Part shown: positions 1-8,695 of the stretch, in pieces
Layout: every line of letters starts with the position of its first letter
Numbering within the stretch: the stretch's first letter is position 1
Origin: Candidatus Methylomirabilota bacterium
GTDB lineage: Bacteria; Methylomirabilota; Methylomirabilia; Rokubacteriales; CSP1-6
NCBI GenBank assembly: GCA_046726415.1
Contig: JBKPAK010000085.1
Span: forward strand, 1-51,352
Direction: 5' to 3'
Length of the DNA stretch: 51,352 nt
Translations under genes and position numbers: made by a program
Notes under the pieces: generated by a model
The model's database searches: none
The model's input: only the letters and a program-made list of their open reading frames with translations
Told to the model about the DNA's origin: nothing

Positions 1-297
1 CTTGGAGGGCGACCTATGTCGGGCCTCCCCAAGCTCACGCGGAATCGAGGGGCGCCCCGGCTGCGCCGGGGGTCCCGAACGTTGGGGGGTTGGTGGGCGA
101 CCTATGTCGGGCCTCCCCAAGCTCACGTGGAATCGAGGGGCGCCCCGGCTGCGCTGGGGCGTCCCGAACGTTGGGGGGCTTGGGGGGCGACCCATGTCGG
201 GCCTCCCCAAGCTCACGCGGAATCGATGGGCGCCCCGGCTGCGCTGGGGCGTCCTGAGCGTTGGGGGGCTTGGGGGGCCTCGGTCGAGGCCCCCCAT
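1..297. repeat. Tandem array of three ~88-90 bp units ending in a GC-rich hairpin (repeat family A)
   Basis: ATGTCGGGCCTCCCCAAGCTCAC recurs at 16, 104 and 194. Terminal inverted repeat TGGGGGGCCTCG-gt-CGAGGCCCCCCA at 271-296. May continue beyond the window start. Confidence 0.92.
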
Positions 298-315
298 CTC
301 GATAGTCGGCCGAGG

Positions 316-1707
316 TTACACCTTCACGGTGAGGTACGAGGCCGTGCCCTCGCGCTGGATGAGGAGGAGCAGCGAGCTGCCCGCCTGCGTGGCGTCGAGC
401 GCCCGACGGAAATCGTCCACGCCCTTCACCGGCTGGCGATTGACTTCCACGATGATGTCGCCAGGGCGTAGCCCGGCCTCGTCGGCGGGGCTTCCGTCCC
501 TGACTTGCCGGACGATCAGACCGGAGGCGGCGATGCCGAGCTGACTCGCGATGTCAGGCGTGACGGGCTCGACAGAAACGCCGAGTCGCGCGCGCTGGCC
601 GGCTTCGTGCGGAGCCGCGGAGGCGAGGTTGACCGGCTGCTCGCGGCGGGCCACCTTGGCGGTGAGGGTCACGGGCTTCCCTTCCCGCAGGACCGAGACC
701 TTCACGTCTTTGCCAATCGGCGTGGCCGCCACCTGCAACGAGAGGTCGGTGGCGCGGCCGATCTTCCGACCGTCTAGCTCGACAATGACGTCGCCCTGTT
801 TCACGCCGGCGGCCGCCGCCGGGGAGCCATCCCAGACTTGAGAGACGACCACGCCGTCCGTCCGCGTGAGACCCAGGGCGGCAGCGAGGTCAGTCGTCAG
901 TGGCTGCGCGGTGACGCCGAGCCAGCCTCGCTCGACCTGTCCCTTCTCGGCGAGCTGGGGCACCACGAACTTGGCCAGGTGCACCGGCACCGCGAAGCCG
1001 ATGCCGATCGAGCCCCCGGTTCGGCTGAAGATGGCGCTGTTGATCCCGATCGCTTCGCCCTGGGCGTTGACCAGCGGTCCGCCGCTGTTGCCGGGATTGA
1101 TAGACGCGTCCGTCTGGATGAAATCGTCGTACGGTCCCTCGCTGATCACCCTACCGGTGGCGCTGACAATGCCCGTGGTGACGGTCAGCTCGAGGCCGAA
1201 GGGATTGCCGACGGCCATGACTGGCTCGCCGACCTTCAGGGTGCTGGAATCGCCGAGGGGGATGACGGGCAGATTCGTCGCGTCGATCTTCAGCAGGGCG
1301 AGGTCTGTCTGCTGATCGCGACCGACGACCTTCGCATCCAGTTCCCGCCCGTCGCTGAGACGGATTCGCGCGACCGCGACACCTTCGACCACGTGGTTGT
1401 TGGTCAGGATGTAGCCGTCGGCGCTGATGATGAAGCCGGACGCGCGGGGGCCCGGCACGCGGCCCATCGGGGGCAAGGGCCGGCCCGGGGCGGGGCGCCG
1501 CTCGGCCGCTACGTTGACGACAGCAGGCTTGACCGCTTCCGCAACGGCGACCCAGTCGGGCGTGGCGGGCGTGGCCGACGTGCGGGGACGCTCGGTCCAG
1601 TACTGACGCGTGGCGGCTTCCGCGAACGTCTGGAGGGAGAACAGGCCCAGCAGCACGCTGGCGACGAGGGGGATCGCGGCGCGCCGGGGCGGAGCGGAAA
1701 GTGACAT
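316..1707 (-). CDS. degP: Do/DegQ (HtrA) family periplasmic serine endoprotease with two PDZ domains
   Basis: Triad motifs TNNHV, TDLALL and GNSGGP. Two PDZ regions (GWLGV, RLGVSV). N-terminal signal peptide. ATG at 1707 preceded by AGGAGG, preferred over the ORF-track start at 1797. Confidence 0.92.
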   Translation of the reverse strand: MSLSAPPRRAAIPLVASVLLGLFSLQTFAEAATRQYWTERPRTSATPATPDWVAVAEAVKPAVVNVAAERRPAPGRPLPPMGRVPGPRASGFIISADGYILTNNHVVEGVAVARIRLSDGRELDAKVVGRDQQTDLALLKIDATNLPVIPLGDSSTLKVGEPVMAVGNPFGLELTVTTGIVSATGRVISEGPYDDFIQTDASINPGNSGGPLVNAQGEAIGINSAIFSRTGGSIGIGFAVPVHLAKFVVPQLAEKGQVERGWLGVTAQPLTTDLAAALGLTRTDGVVVSQVWDGSPAAAAGVKQGDVIVELDGRKIGRATDLSLQVAATPIGKDVKVSVLREGKPVTLTAKVARREQPVNLASAAPHEAGQRARLGVSVEPVTPDIASQLGIAASGLIVRQVRDGSPADEAGLRPGDIIVEVNRQPVKGVDDFRRALDATQAGSSLLLLIQREGTASYLTVKV

Positions 1708-1825
1708 TATGCAGCCTCCTTGTGGTGAGCGCTTCGTTGGATGTCTCCGACCGAGGCGGTCGCCATCACACGAAGCCGCCGCCGGCCTTGTCATCAAGGA
1801 CGAACGGGGGAAGCCTTCTATTCGG

Positions 1826-2150
1826 TTGGGGGGCCTCGACAGGGCCCCCCAAGCCCCCCAGCGCTCGGGGCGCCCCGGCGAAGCCGTGGCGCCCCTCGAT
1901 AGTGCGCGGCGCTTGGGAGGGCCGACGAAGCTGGGGCGTCCCTCGATACTGCGCGGCGCTTCGGAGGGCCGGCGAAGCCGTGGCGCTCGTCGATACCGTG
2001 CGGCGCTTGGGCGGGCAGACGAAGCTGGCGCCCGCCTCGATACTGCCCGCGCGCTTGGGCGGGCCGGCTAAGCTCGCGCGTCCCCCGATATTGCGCGGTG
2101 CTCGGGCGGGCCGACGACGCCGGGCGGCGGTCCCCGGTATTCCGGCGCGC
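1826..2150. repeat. Hairpin followed by six degenerate ~47-48 bp tandem units (family A, inverted relative to 1-297)
   Basis: TTGGGGGGCC...GGCCCCCCAA at 1826-1852. (T/C)CGATA recurs at about 1896, 1943, 1990, 2037 and 2085, with a decayed copy near 2133. Confidence 0.88.
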
Positions 2151-2161
2151 TCCGAATCTTG

Positions 2162-4771
2162 CTACCGGGCGAGGTAGCTGCTCAACTTGGCGCCATTCCG
2201 CGCGCGCAGGGTCACGGCGATGCGGAGCTGTTCGAGATACTGTTCCAGGGTTTTGCCGCCGAGGTCGATCTTCCGCTGAGTGAAGAACTCGTGGACGCTT
2301 CCCTCCAGCTCCGGTGTGGCCAGCGCGGTGACGCCCTCGGCCATGCGCCGGAGCCCCTGCTTCGGGTACTGGCGGTCCATGGTGTCCCAGTTGGCGCGGA
2401 CGAAGTCCCACGCCACCTCGCGGCCGTGAACGGTCATCAACATGGCCCGGACCACGAACGGCGCGTCCTGGGTGCGGATCTCGCCGTTGATCGTCTTGGC
2501 CAGGGTCTGCTCCACCAGCGGGCGGGGCTGGAAGGCCACCAGCGCATAGAGGTAGCGCTGCTCCTCCTGCGGCGTGGTGGCCGCGCGGAAGGCCCTGAAG
2601 AATGCGTCGTAGCGCGCCGCAAGGCCGACGTGGGCGAGGATCGCGATGAGGGCCGGCAAGACGTTGGGGTCCACCAGGCCACTGCCGTCGAGGTGCGCCG
2701 CATAGACCTCCTCCGCTCGCGCCTGTGTGGCCGGATCGTTGCCCAAGGTGCCGAGGGCGCGGATGAGATCGCCGCGGAGCTGGCGCCTCAGCTCGTCCTC
2801 GCCGGCGCGGGGTGTCCATCCCAGCTCCTCGACGGCGCCGGACAGGCGATCGCGGACGAGTCGCTCGAGCCCAGGGCGATCAGCGGAGAGGATGATCCGA
2901 TTGAGGGTGTGGAGCGAGCCCATGAGGATGACCCAGACATTCTTGTCGCGCTCGCCGCGGAACTCGGCGGTGAGGTCCAGGTACTCTTCGATTGGCGTGA
3001 GCCCGGCCACGGTGGCCGCCCACGCGTCGCCGAGCAGGTTGAAGCGCTCGATGGGAGCGAGGCCGGATGCTAGCCGCCGCAGAAGGCGCCCCAGCAGATC
3101 GTGGCTGTAGCGCACGCGATAGAAGCCGTGACCTCCTTCGTTGACTACGACGGCCTCGGCGTCCGCCGGAAGGGCAATCTTCGCCTCTCCCTCGGCGAGC
3201 AGCACCCGCCGCACCTCGGAGGGGCCTCGGCGCTCGACGCGGATCTGAAGGGGGATCTGCCACCGCTGATTGCGATCCACCGGCGGTGCCGACACCCGCC
3301 CGGGCACGCGGTCCAGCGGGTCGCGCAGGTAGGTGAAGCGCTGCTGCTCCAGGACCAGCTGACCATTGTCGAGACGGGCGCTGACGATGGGAAAGCCGGG
3401 GCGGAAAATCCAGCCGTCCATCAAGGCGGGGATGGGTTGTCCGGAGGCCCGCCCCAGGGCCGCCCACAGATCGCCGGTCTCCGCGTTGCCGTAGGCGTGC
3501 CTCCGCAGATATTCGCGCACGCCCTCTCGGAACACCTCGGGACCGAGGTACTGCTCGAGCATGCGCAGCACCGAGGCGCCCTTCTCGTAGGTCAGGACGT
3601 CGAACATCGCGTCGGCTTCTTGCGGGGCATTCACCGGGAATTCGATGGACCTCGTGCTGTGCAGGCCGTCGACGGCGAACGCCGCCGAGCGCGAGACTCC
3701 GAAGGTGGTCCAGCGCTGCCACTCGGGCTTCCAGGCGTCCACCGCCAGCATCTCCATGAAGGTGGCGAAGGCCTCGTTCAGCCAAATGCCGTTCCACCAC
3801 TCCATGGTCACCAGGTCGCCGAACCACATGTGGGCATTCTCGTGGGCCACCACGTCGGCCACCCGCTCGAGCTCGCTATGGGTGGCCGCGCCCGCGTCGA
3901 CGAGCAGCGCCGTTTCGCGGAAGGTGATGGCGCCGAGGTTCTCCATGGCGCCGGCCGCGAAGTCGGGAATGGCCAGGAGGTCCAGCTTGTCGCCCGGATA
4001 GGGATGCCCGTAGTACGTCTCGAAGAACGCCAGCGATGCCGCGCCGATGTCGCGCCCGAACGACGCCAACCGCCGCTTGCTCGGCACGCACCAAACGCGC
4101 AGGGGAGTGCGGCCCACCATCACCGGCTCGGTGGCTTCCAGCTCGCCGACGACGAAGGCCACGAGGTACGTCGACATGACGATGGTGTCGGCAAAGGCCA
4201 CGACCTTTCGACCACCCTCGATCCGCTCGGAGACGACGGCCGTGTTGGACACCGCGGTCAGCGCGGGATCGATCACCAACGTAGCGGCAAAGACCGCTTT
4301 GAACGCGGGCTCGTCCCAGCAGGGAAAGGCGCGCCGCGCGTCGGTGGCCTCGAACTGGGTGGCGGCCAGGGTATGCGTGGCGCCGCTCTCGTCCTTGTAG
4401 GTGCTGCGATAGAAGCCGCGCAGCTTGTCGTTGAGAGTCCCCCGGAAGGCGAGGCGCAAGCGCCAGGTCCCCGGGGTGAGCGCCTCGCCGAAGCGAAGGC
4501 AGCAGCGCTCGCGATCGGGCTCGAAGGTGGCCGTGCCCCGGCGCACGTGGCCATCGTCGCGCGAGATGGCGACCTCTGAGATCGTCAGCTCGGCCGCGTT
4601 GAGCCAGATCTCGGAGACCGGCTCCTTCACCGTGACCGTGACCGTTTCCTCGCCTTCGAAGACGAAGGTGGAGAAGTCGGGGATCAGGCGGAGGTCGTAG
4701 CGGCTGGGGGCGACGGTTCGCGGCAATCTGTAGGGATCCAGGGTTCTCTCCTCCGGCGCCGAGCGTTCCAT
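2162..4771 (-). CDS. pepN: M1 family zinc aminopeptidase (aminopeptidase N / ERAP1_C-type)
   Basis: GAMEN exopeptidase motif, HENAH...WLNE zinc motif, TQFEATDARRAFPCWDEP and YEKG. Start placed at ATG 4771 (alternative 4801). Confidence 0.93.
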   Translation of the reverse strand: MERSAPEERTLDPYRLPRTVAPSRYDLRLIPDFSTFVFEGEETVTVTVKEPVSEIWLNAAELTISEVAISRDDGHVRRGTATFEPDRERCCLRFGEALTPGTWRLRLAFRGTLNDKLRGFYRSTYKDESGATHTLAATQFEATDARRAFPCWDEPAFKAVFAATLVIDPALTAVSNTAVVSERIEGGRKVVAFADTIVMSTYLVAFVVGELEATEPVMVGRTPLRVWCVPSKRRLASFGRDIGAASLAFFETYYGHPYPGDKLDLLAIPDFAAGAMENLGAITFRETALLVDAGAATHSELERVADVVAHENAHMWFGDLVTMEWWNGIWLNEAFATFMEMLAVDAWKPEWQRWTTFGVSRSAAFAVDGLHSTRSIEFPVNAPQEADAMFDVLTYEKGASVLRMLEQYLGPEVFREGVREYLRRHAYGNAETGDLWAALGRASGQPIPALMDGWIFRPGFPIVSARLDNGQLVLEQQRFTYLRDPLDRVPGRVSAPPVDRNQRWQIPLQIRVERRGPSEVRRVLLAEGEAKIALPADAEAVVVNEGGHGFYRVRYSHDLLGRLLRRLASGLAPIERFNLLGDAWAATVAGLTPIEEYLDLTAEFRGERDKNVWVILMGSLHTLNRIILSADRPGLERLVRDRLSGAVEELGWTPRAGEDELRRQLRGDLIRALGTLGNDPATQARAEEVYAAHLDGSGLVDPNVLPALIAILAHVGLAARYDAFFRAFRAATTPQEEQRYLYALVAFQPRPLVEQTLAKTINGEIRTQDAPFVVRAMLMTVHGREVAWDFVRANWDTMDRQYPKQGLRRMAEGVTALATPELEGSVHEFFTQRKIDLGGKTLEQYLEQLRIAVTLRARNGAKLSSYLAR

Positions 4772-4776
4772 CAACT

Positions 4777-5688
4777 CTACTTCACCTGGGAAAAACTGCA
4801 TCCGCCAAGCCCCTGGGCGGGATCGTCATCCCCAAAGGCCGCGAGGATGGCGCGCCCGCCGATGCCGACCAGAAGACCGGTCAACATGTCCCAGCCCGAG
4901 CTATGGCCAAGGGCGCCGAGCTGCTCGACCGCGGCGAGGGCGCGCCGCTCGTCGCGGCGAATGAGCGCGTCGACGACGTCGTGCAGCGGCTCGTGTCCCT
5001 CACCGGCGGCGAGGTCCTCGAGCAGCGCCACGCTGATGGGGTGGGTGCGCGTACGCGCCCGCTCGATCACGAGCGCGGCGGCCCGCGACCAATCATCGGC
5101 GCGTGTGCCCGCCCAGTTTCGCGCGCAGAGCACGCCACCCACGAAATCGTCGCCCGAAGGGGTCAATCCCGGCCCCAGGCCGAGCAGCGCATCCGCTGCC
5201 GCCACGACGGCGGTCGGGTCGTCAGCATCGCAGGCGGCGGCGAGGGCCATCACCGGATCCACCGCGCGGTCCAGGGGAAAGTCCGGGGCGTGTCCCAGGA
5301 GCAGCCGGCCGAGTCCGAGCGGAGCGGGCCGGACTGGCCGCCGGAGCACGGCCACGAGATCTCGCGCGGCTCGCCCGAGGCCCGCGGCGGCCGCGCGCGC
5401 GCCGCGCGGTGGCCGCCACGGATGCAGGCCGGCGATATCGAACCCGACCGTCTCCGCCTGTATGCGCGCCATGTAGGAGGGCCAGGGTTCGGCCGCCGCC
5501 GCCAGGACCGCGCGCGGGTGCCGCAGTCCGTCGCTGGGCCCGACCCAGATGATTTCCCCCCCGGCCTCGAGATAGATCGACGTGGTCAGCGGTGCCAACA
5601 CGCGCGCGGCGCCGGCAGTGCCGGAGAGCGCTGCGTGAGCCCTCCATCCGATGGCCGCGATGGGCACGGCGACCGTCGTCACGGCCAC
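4777..5688 (-). CDS. DUF2877 family protein (YlbF/AllH-like)
   Basis: GLGPGLTPSGDDFVGG and GHSSGWDMLTG motifs typical of DUF2877. Start may be GTG 5682. Confidence 0.8.
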   Translation of the reverse strand: MAVTTVAVPIAAIGWRAHAALSGTAGAARVLAPLTTSIYLEAGGEIIWVGPSDGLRHPRAVLAAAAEPWPSYMARIQAETVGFDIAGLHPWRPPRGARAAAAGLGRAARDLVAVLRRPVRPAPLGLGRLLLGHAPDFPLDRAVDPVMALAAACDADDPTAVVAAADALLGLGPGLTPSGDDFVGGVLCARNWAGTRADDWSRAAALVIERARTRTHPISVALLEDLAAGEGHEPLHDVVDALIRRDERRALAAVEQLGALGHSSGWDMLTGLLVGIGGRAILAAFGDDDPAQGLGGCSFSQVK

Positions 5689-5765
5689 ACTCTACCGCGG
5701 CCGCTCGGTGGCCGGCCGCGTCTGCACGGGGTCATGCCCGCCCATCGTCCTGGTAAGGTGAGGAC

Positions 5766-6974
5766 GTGACGCTCCGTCTCGCGATGCTGGCGGCGACCTG
5801 CGTGGTCGCGATGCTGGCTCCACCCCCTCTCTCCGGCGAAACGACCGCGGAGTTCGTGCGACGCCACTGGAAGCAGCCCATCGCTGCTCAGGGCGCGCCA
5901 TCGCCGCGCTTCTCGCCTCTCGAGGCCTCACTGGAACCGGCATCCTGTGGCACCTGCCATCCCGTGCAGTACGCGGACTGGCGGCGAAGCATCCACGCCG
6001 CGGCCAGCGGTCCCGGCGTTCTCGGCCAGCTCGTCGAGATGTGGAGGGCAGATCCGGCAGCCGCCTCGGGATGCTACGCCTGTCACGCTCCACTCGCCGA
6101 GCAACGGGCCTTCATCCGGACCGCCGCTGGTTTCGAGGAGAACCCGGCGTTCGTGTCGGTCCTCGCCGATCAGGGGGTGCCGTGCGCGTCGTGCCACGTG
6201 CGCAACCACGAACGCTTCGGACCCCCGCGCCGCGACGGTTCTCTCGCCAGCCGCGCTCCGCGCGAAAGCCTGCCGCATGGCGGCGTGACGCGGACGCCGG
6301 CATTCCTGGCCTCGGAGTTCTGCCGCTCGTGTCATCAGTTCGAACCGAACGGCCCCGCGCTCAACGGCAAGCTCCTTCAAGACACGTACAACGAGTGGAA
6401 GGCGAGCCGCTTCGCGCGGGCCGGCGTGCAGTGCCAGGACTGCCACATGCCGGATCGCCGGCACCAGTGGCGGGGTATTCACGACCCCGACATGGTCCGC
6501 GCGGGGCTGAGCATCAGCGCCGGCACCGACGCGGTCCGCTACCGACCGGGTGATTGGGCCTCGCTCGTCCTGACCGTGACCAGCGTGCGCGTGGGGCACG
6601 CCTTTCCGACCTACGTCACGCCCCGGGCAGTGATGCGCATCGAGCTCGTCGACGGCGAGGGCCGCGTGGTGCCGGGAAGCCGGACGGAGAAGATCATCGC
6701 GCGCGAGGTCGCCCTCGATCTGTCGAAGGAATATTTCGATCGGCGACTGCCGCCCGGGGGGCGCGCCAGTCTCGCCTATCGGCCGCGCCTCTCAGCGGCG
6801 GGGCTCAAGGCGCGGTTCAGCGTGGTGGTCGAGCCCGACGCATTCTATGTGCGCTTCTTCGAGGTGCTGCTGCGCCAGGGCGCCGGCAGCGGGGAGGCCC
6901 AGATCGGCGAGGCGCTGGAGGCCGCGCGCCGCTCGCTCTTCACCGTGTTCGCGCGCGAGGTGCCCCTGACGTAG
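5766..6974 (+). CDS. Exported multiheme (five CxxCH) c-type cytochrome
   Basis: Signal peptide; CGTCH, CYACH, CASCH, CRSCH and CQDCH; GHAFPT motif and a heme-free C-terminal region. Confidence 0.88.
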   Translation: MTLRLAMLAATCVVAMLAPPPLSGETTAEFVRRHWKQPIAAQGAPSPRFSPLEASLEPASCGTCHPVQYADWRRSIHAAASGPGVLGQLVEMWRADPAAASGCYACHAPLAEQRAFIRTAAGFEENPAFVSVLADQGVPCASCHVRNHERFGPPRRDGSLASRAPRESLPHGGVTRTPAFLASEFCRSCHQFEPNGPALNGKLLQDTYNEWKASRFARAGVQCQDCHMPDRRHQWRGIHDPDMVRAGLSISAGTDAVRYRPGDWASLVLTVTSVRVGHAFPTYVTPRAVMRIELVDGEGRVVPGSRTEKIIAREVALDLSKEYFDRRLPPGGRASLAYRPRLSAAGLKARFSVVVEPDAFYVRFFEVLLRQGAGSGEAQIGEALEAARRSLFTVFAREVPLT

Positions 6975-6986
6975 TGGGGGTGCTCG

Positions 6987-8612
6987 TCAAACCCCGAGGG
7001 CCGCGCCGTCGGCGCGCGGGTCCGAGCCGCCCCTGAGTCCGCTCGCATCGAGGCCGATCACCTGGACATGGCCCATCAGGTCGCTCCAGGCCTCGACGAC
7101 ACGCACGTCGTGGCCGCGGCGCTGGAGCGCTTCGACCACCGAAGGGGGAAAGCGCGATTCCAGACGAAGGGCGCGCGTCTGCTCACCCCATGTGCGCCCG
7201 AGGAGCCAGCGCGGGGCTTCGACGGCCGCCTGAGGGCCCAGCCCCCGGTCGACCATGCGGGTCACGATGGCCGCCTGCGTCTGCGGCTGTCCCTCGCCGC
7301 CCATAGTTCCATACACGAGACGCGGTCGGCCTCCCACCAGATACATCGACGGGATCAGCGTGTGGGCCGTGCGCGTGCGGGGTCTCAGCCGGTTCGGATG
7401 CGTCGGGTCCAGCGAGAAGAAGGCGCCGCGGTTCTGGAGCAGCACGCCGGTGTCCCCGGCCACGATGCCCGCTCCAAACTCGTGGTAGATGCTCTGGATG
7501 AGCGAGACGGCGTTGCCCTGGCGATCGGCGGCGACGATGGCGATCGTGTCGCCCGCGATGGGCGGGCCGGCGGCTGTCGCCACGGCGTGTGATGCGATGC
7601 GGCGCCGGCGGCGGGCCAGGCGAGCCGGGTCGAGGCAGCGCGCGACCGGAACCGGCACCACCGTGGGATCCGTCAGATATCGGTCGCGGTCTTCGAAGGC
7701 CAGCTTGGTCACCTCGACCACGAGATGCACGTACTCTTCCTCGGCCATCGACGGCAGGTCGAACCCCTCGAGGAGGGCCAGGATCGCGAGGGCGGCAAAG
7801 CCCTGGGTCGGCGGGGGAAAGCTGACCGCCTCCCCGCCGCGGTAGGGCACCCGCAGCGGCTCGACCCAGTCAGCGCGATGCGCCGCCAGGTCCTCCGCGG
7901 TCAGCGGGCTGCCGGCCTCGCGGGCCGCTCGGACGAGGCGGCGGCCGAGATCGCCCTGATAGAACTCGTCGGGGCCTCCATCGGCGATGCGCTCGAGGGT
8001 GCGGGCGAGGTCCGGCTGGATGAAGCGCTCGGCGGCCAGGCGATCGGGGTGAAAGATCGGCCAGAGCGTGCGCCGCACTTCGTCGGGTGCGCTGGCGCCG
8101 AACAGCGCCGGCGCCGAGGCGGTCACTCGCCGCTGACCGGCCGAGGGCGGGAAGCCCTGGGCCGCGTGCTGAATGGCCATGTCGAGGAGATGGCGCCACG
8201 TGATCGGCGAGCCCATGCGCCCGGCGCTGTGGCGATGCGCCTCCCACCAGCCGGATACCACACCGGGCACAGTCAGGGCCGCCGGTCCTCCGCGAGTGGG
8301 AATGGCCGTGCCATGGCGGGCGCGGTACGCGTCGAGATCGGCGGCCGCCGCCGAGCGCCCCGCCGCGTTGAGGGCGAGCAGACGACCGGCGCTCGCATCG
8401 TAGATAAGACAGAAGTTGTCGCCGCCGATCCCATTCATGTGCGGATAGACGACGGCCAGGGTGGTGGCTGCGGCCAGGGCCGCATCGACGGCGTTGCCGC
8501 CGCGCTCGAAGATGGCGCGCCCCGCTTCGGAGGCGAGATGGTGAGGTGAGGCCACGAGGCCGCGCGAGGCGCGCGCCTCGGGCCAGCGTGTAGGAGGGCT
8601 CACGCGCCTCAT
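6987..8612 (-). CDS. Gamma-glutamyltransferase family Ntn hydrolase (cytoplasmic, YwrD/HpxW-like)
   Basis: GGNAVDAA, GIGGDNF, GD-T nucleophile site (GDTIAIVAAD), LLQNRG, GTMGGEGQPQ and GSDPRADG. No signal peptide. Start ATG 8612 or GTG 8603. Confidence 0.9.
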   Translation of the reverse strand: MRRVSPPTRWPEARASRGLVASPHHLASEAGRAIFERGGNAVDAALAAATTLAVVYPHMNGIGGDNFCLIYDASAGRLLALNAAGRSAAAADLDAYRARHGTAIPTRGGPAALTVPGVVSGWWEAHRHSAGRMGSPITWRHLLDMAIQHAAQGFPPSAGQRRVTASAPALFGASAPDEVRRTLWPIFHPDRLAAERFIQPDLARTLERIADGGPDEFYQGDLGRRLVRAAREAGSPLTAEDLAAHRADWVEPLRVPYRGGEAVSFPPPTQGFAALAILALLEGFDLPSMAEEEYVHLVVEVTKLAFEDRDRYLTDPTVVPVPVARCLDPARLARRRRRIASHAVATAAGPPIAGDTIAIVAADRQGNAVSLIQSIYHEFGAGIVAGDTGVLLQNRGAFFSLDPTHPNRLRPRTRTAHTLIPSMYLVGGRPRLVYGTMGGEGQPQTQAAIVTRMVDRGLGPQAAVEAPRWLLGRTWGEQTRALRLESRFPPSVVEALQRRGHDVRVVEAWSDLMGHVQVIGLDASGLRGGSDPRADGAALGV

Positions 8613-8695
8613 GATAGCGTTCCTTCTCGGTCCGGACGCCGGGAACATCGCCCGCCGAGCGACGCGCTCGACATGGCGACCGACTCGGATAGCAT

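Noticed and set aside
2-544. Repetitive ORFs over the first array, and ORFs over 1610-2177, 42389-42604 and 49806-50194
   Set aside because: They are translations of non-coding repeats with no domain signal, and several overlap real genes.
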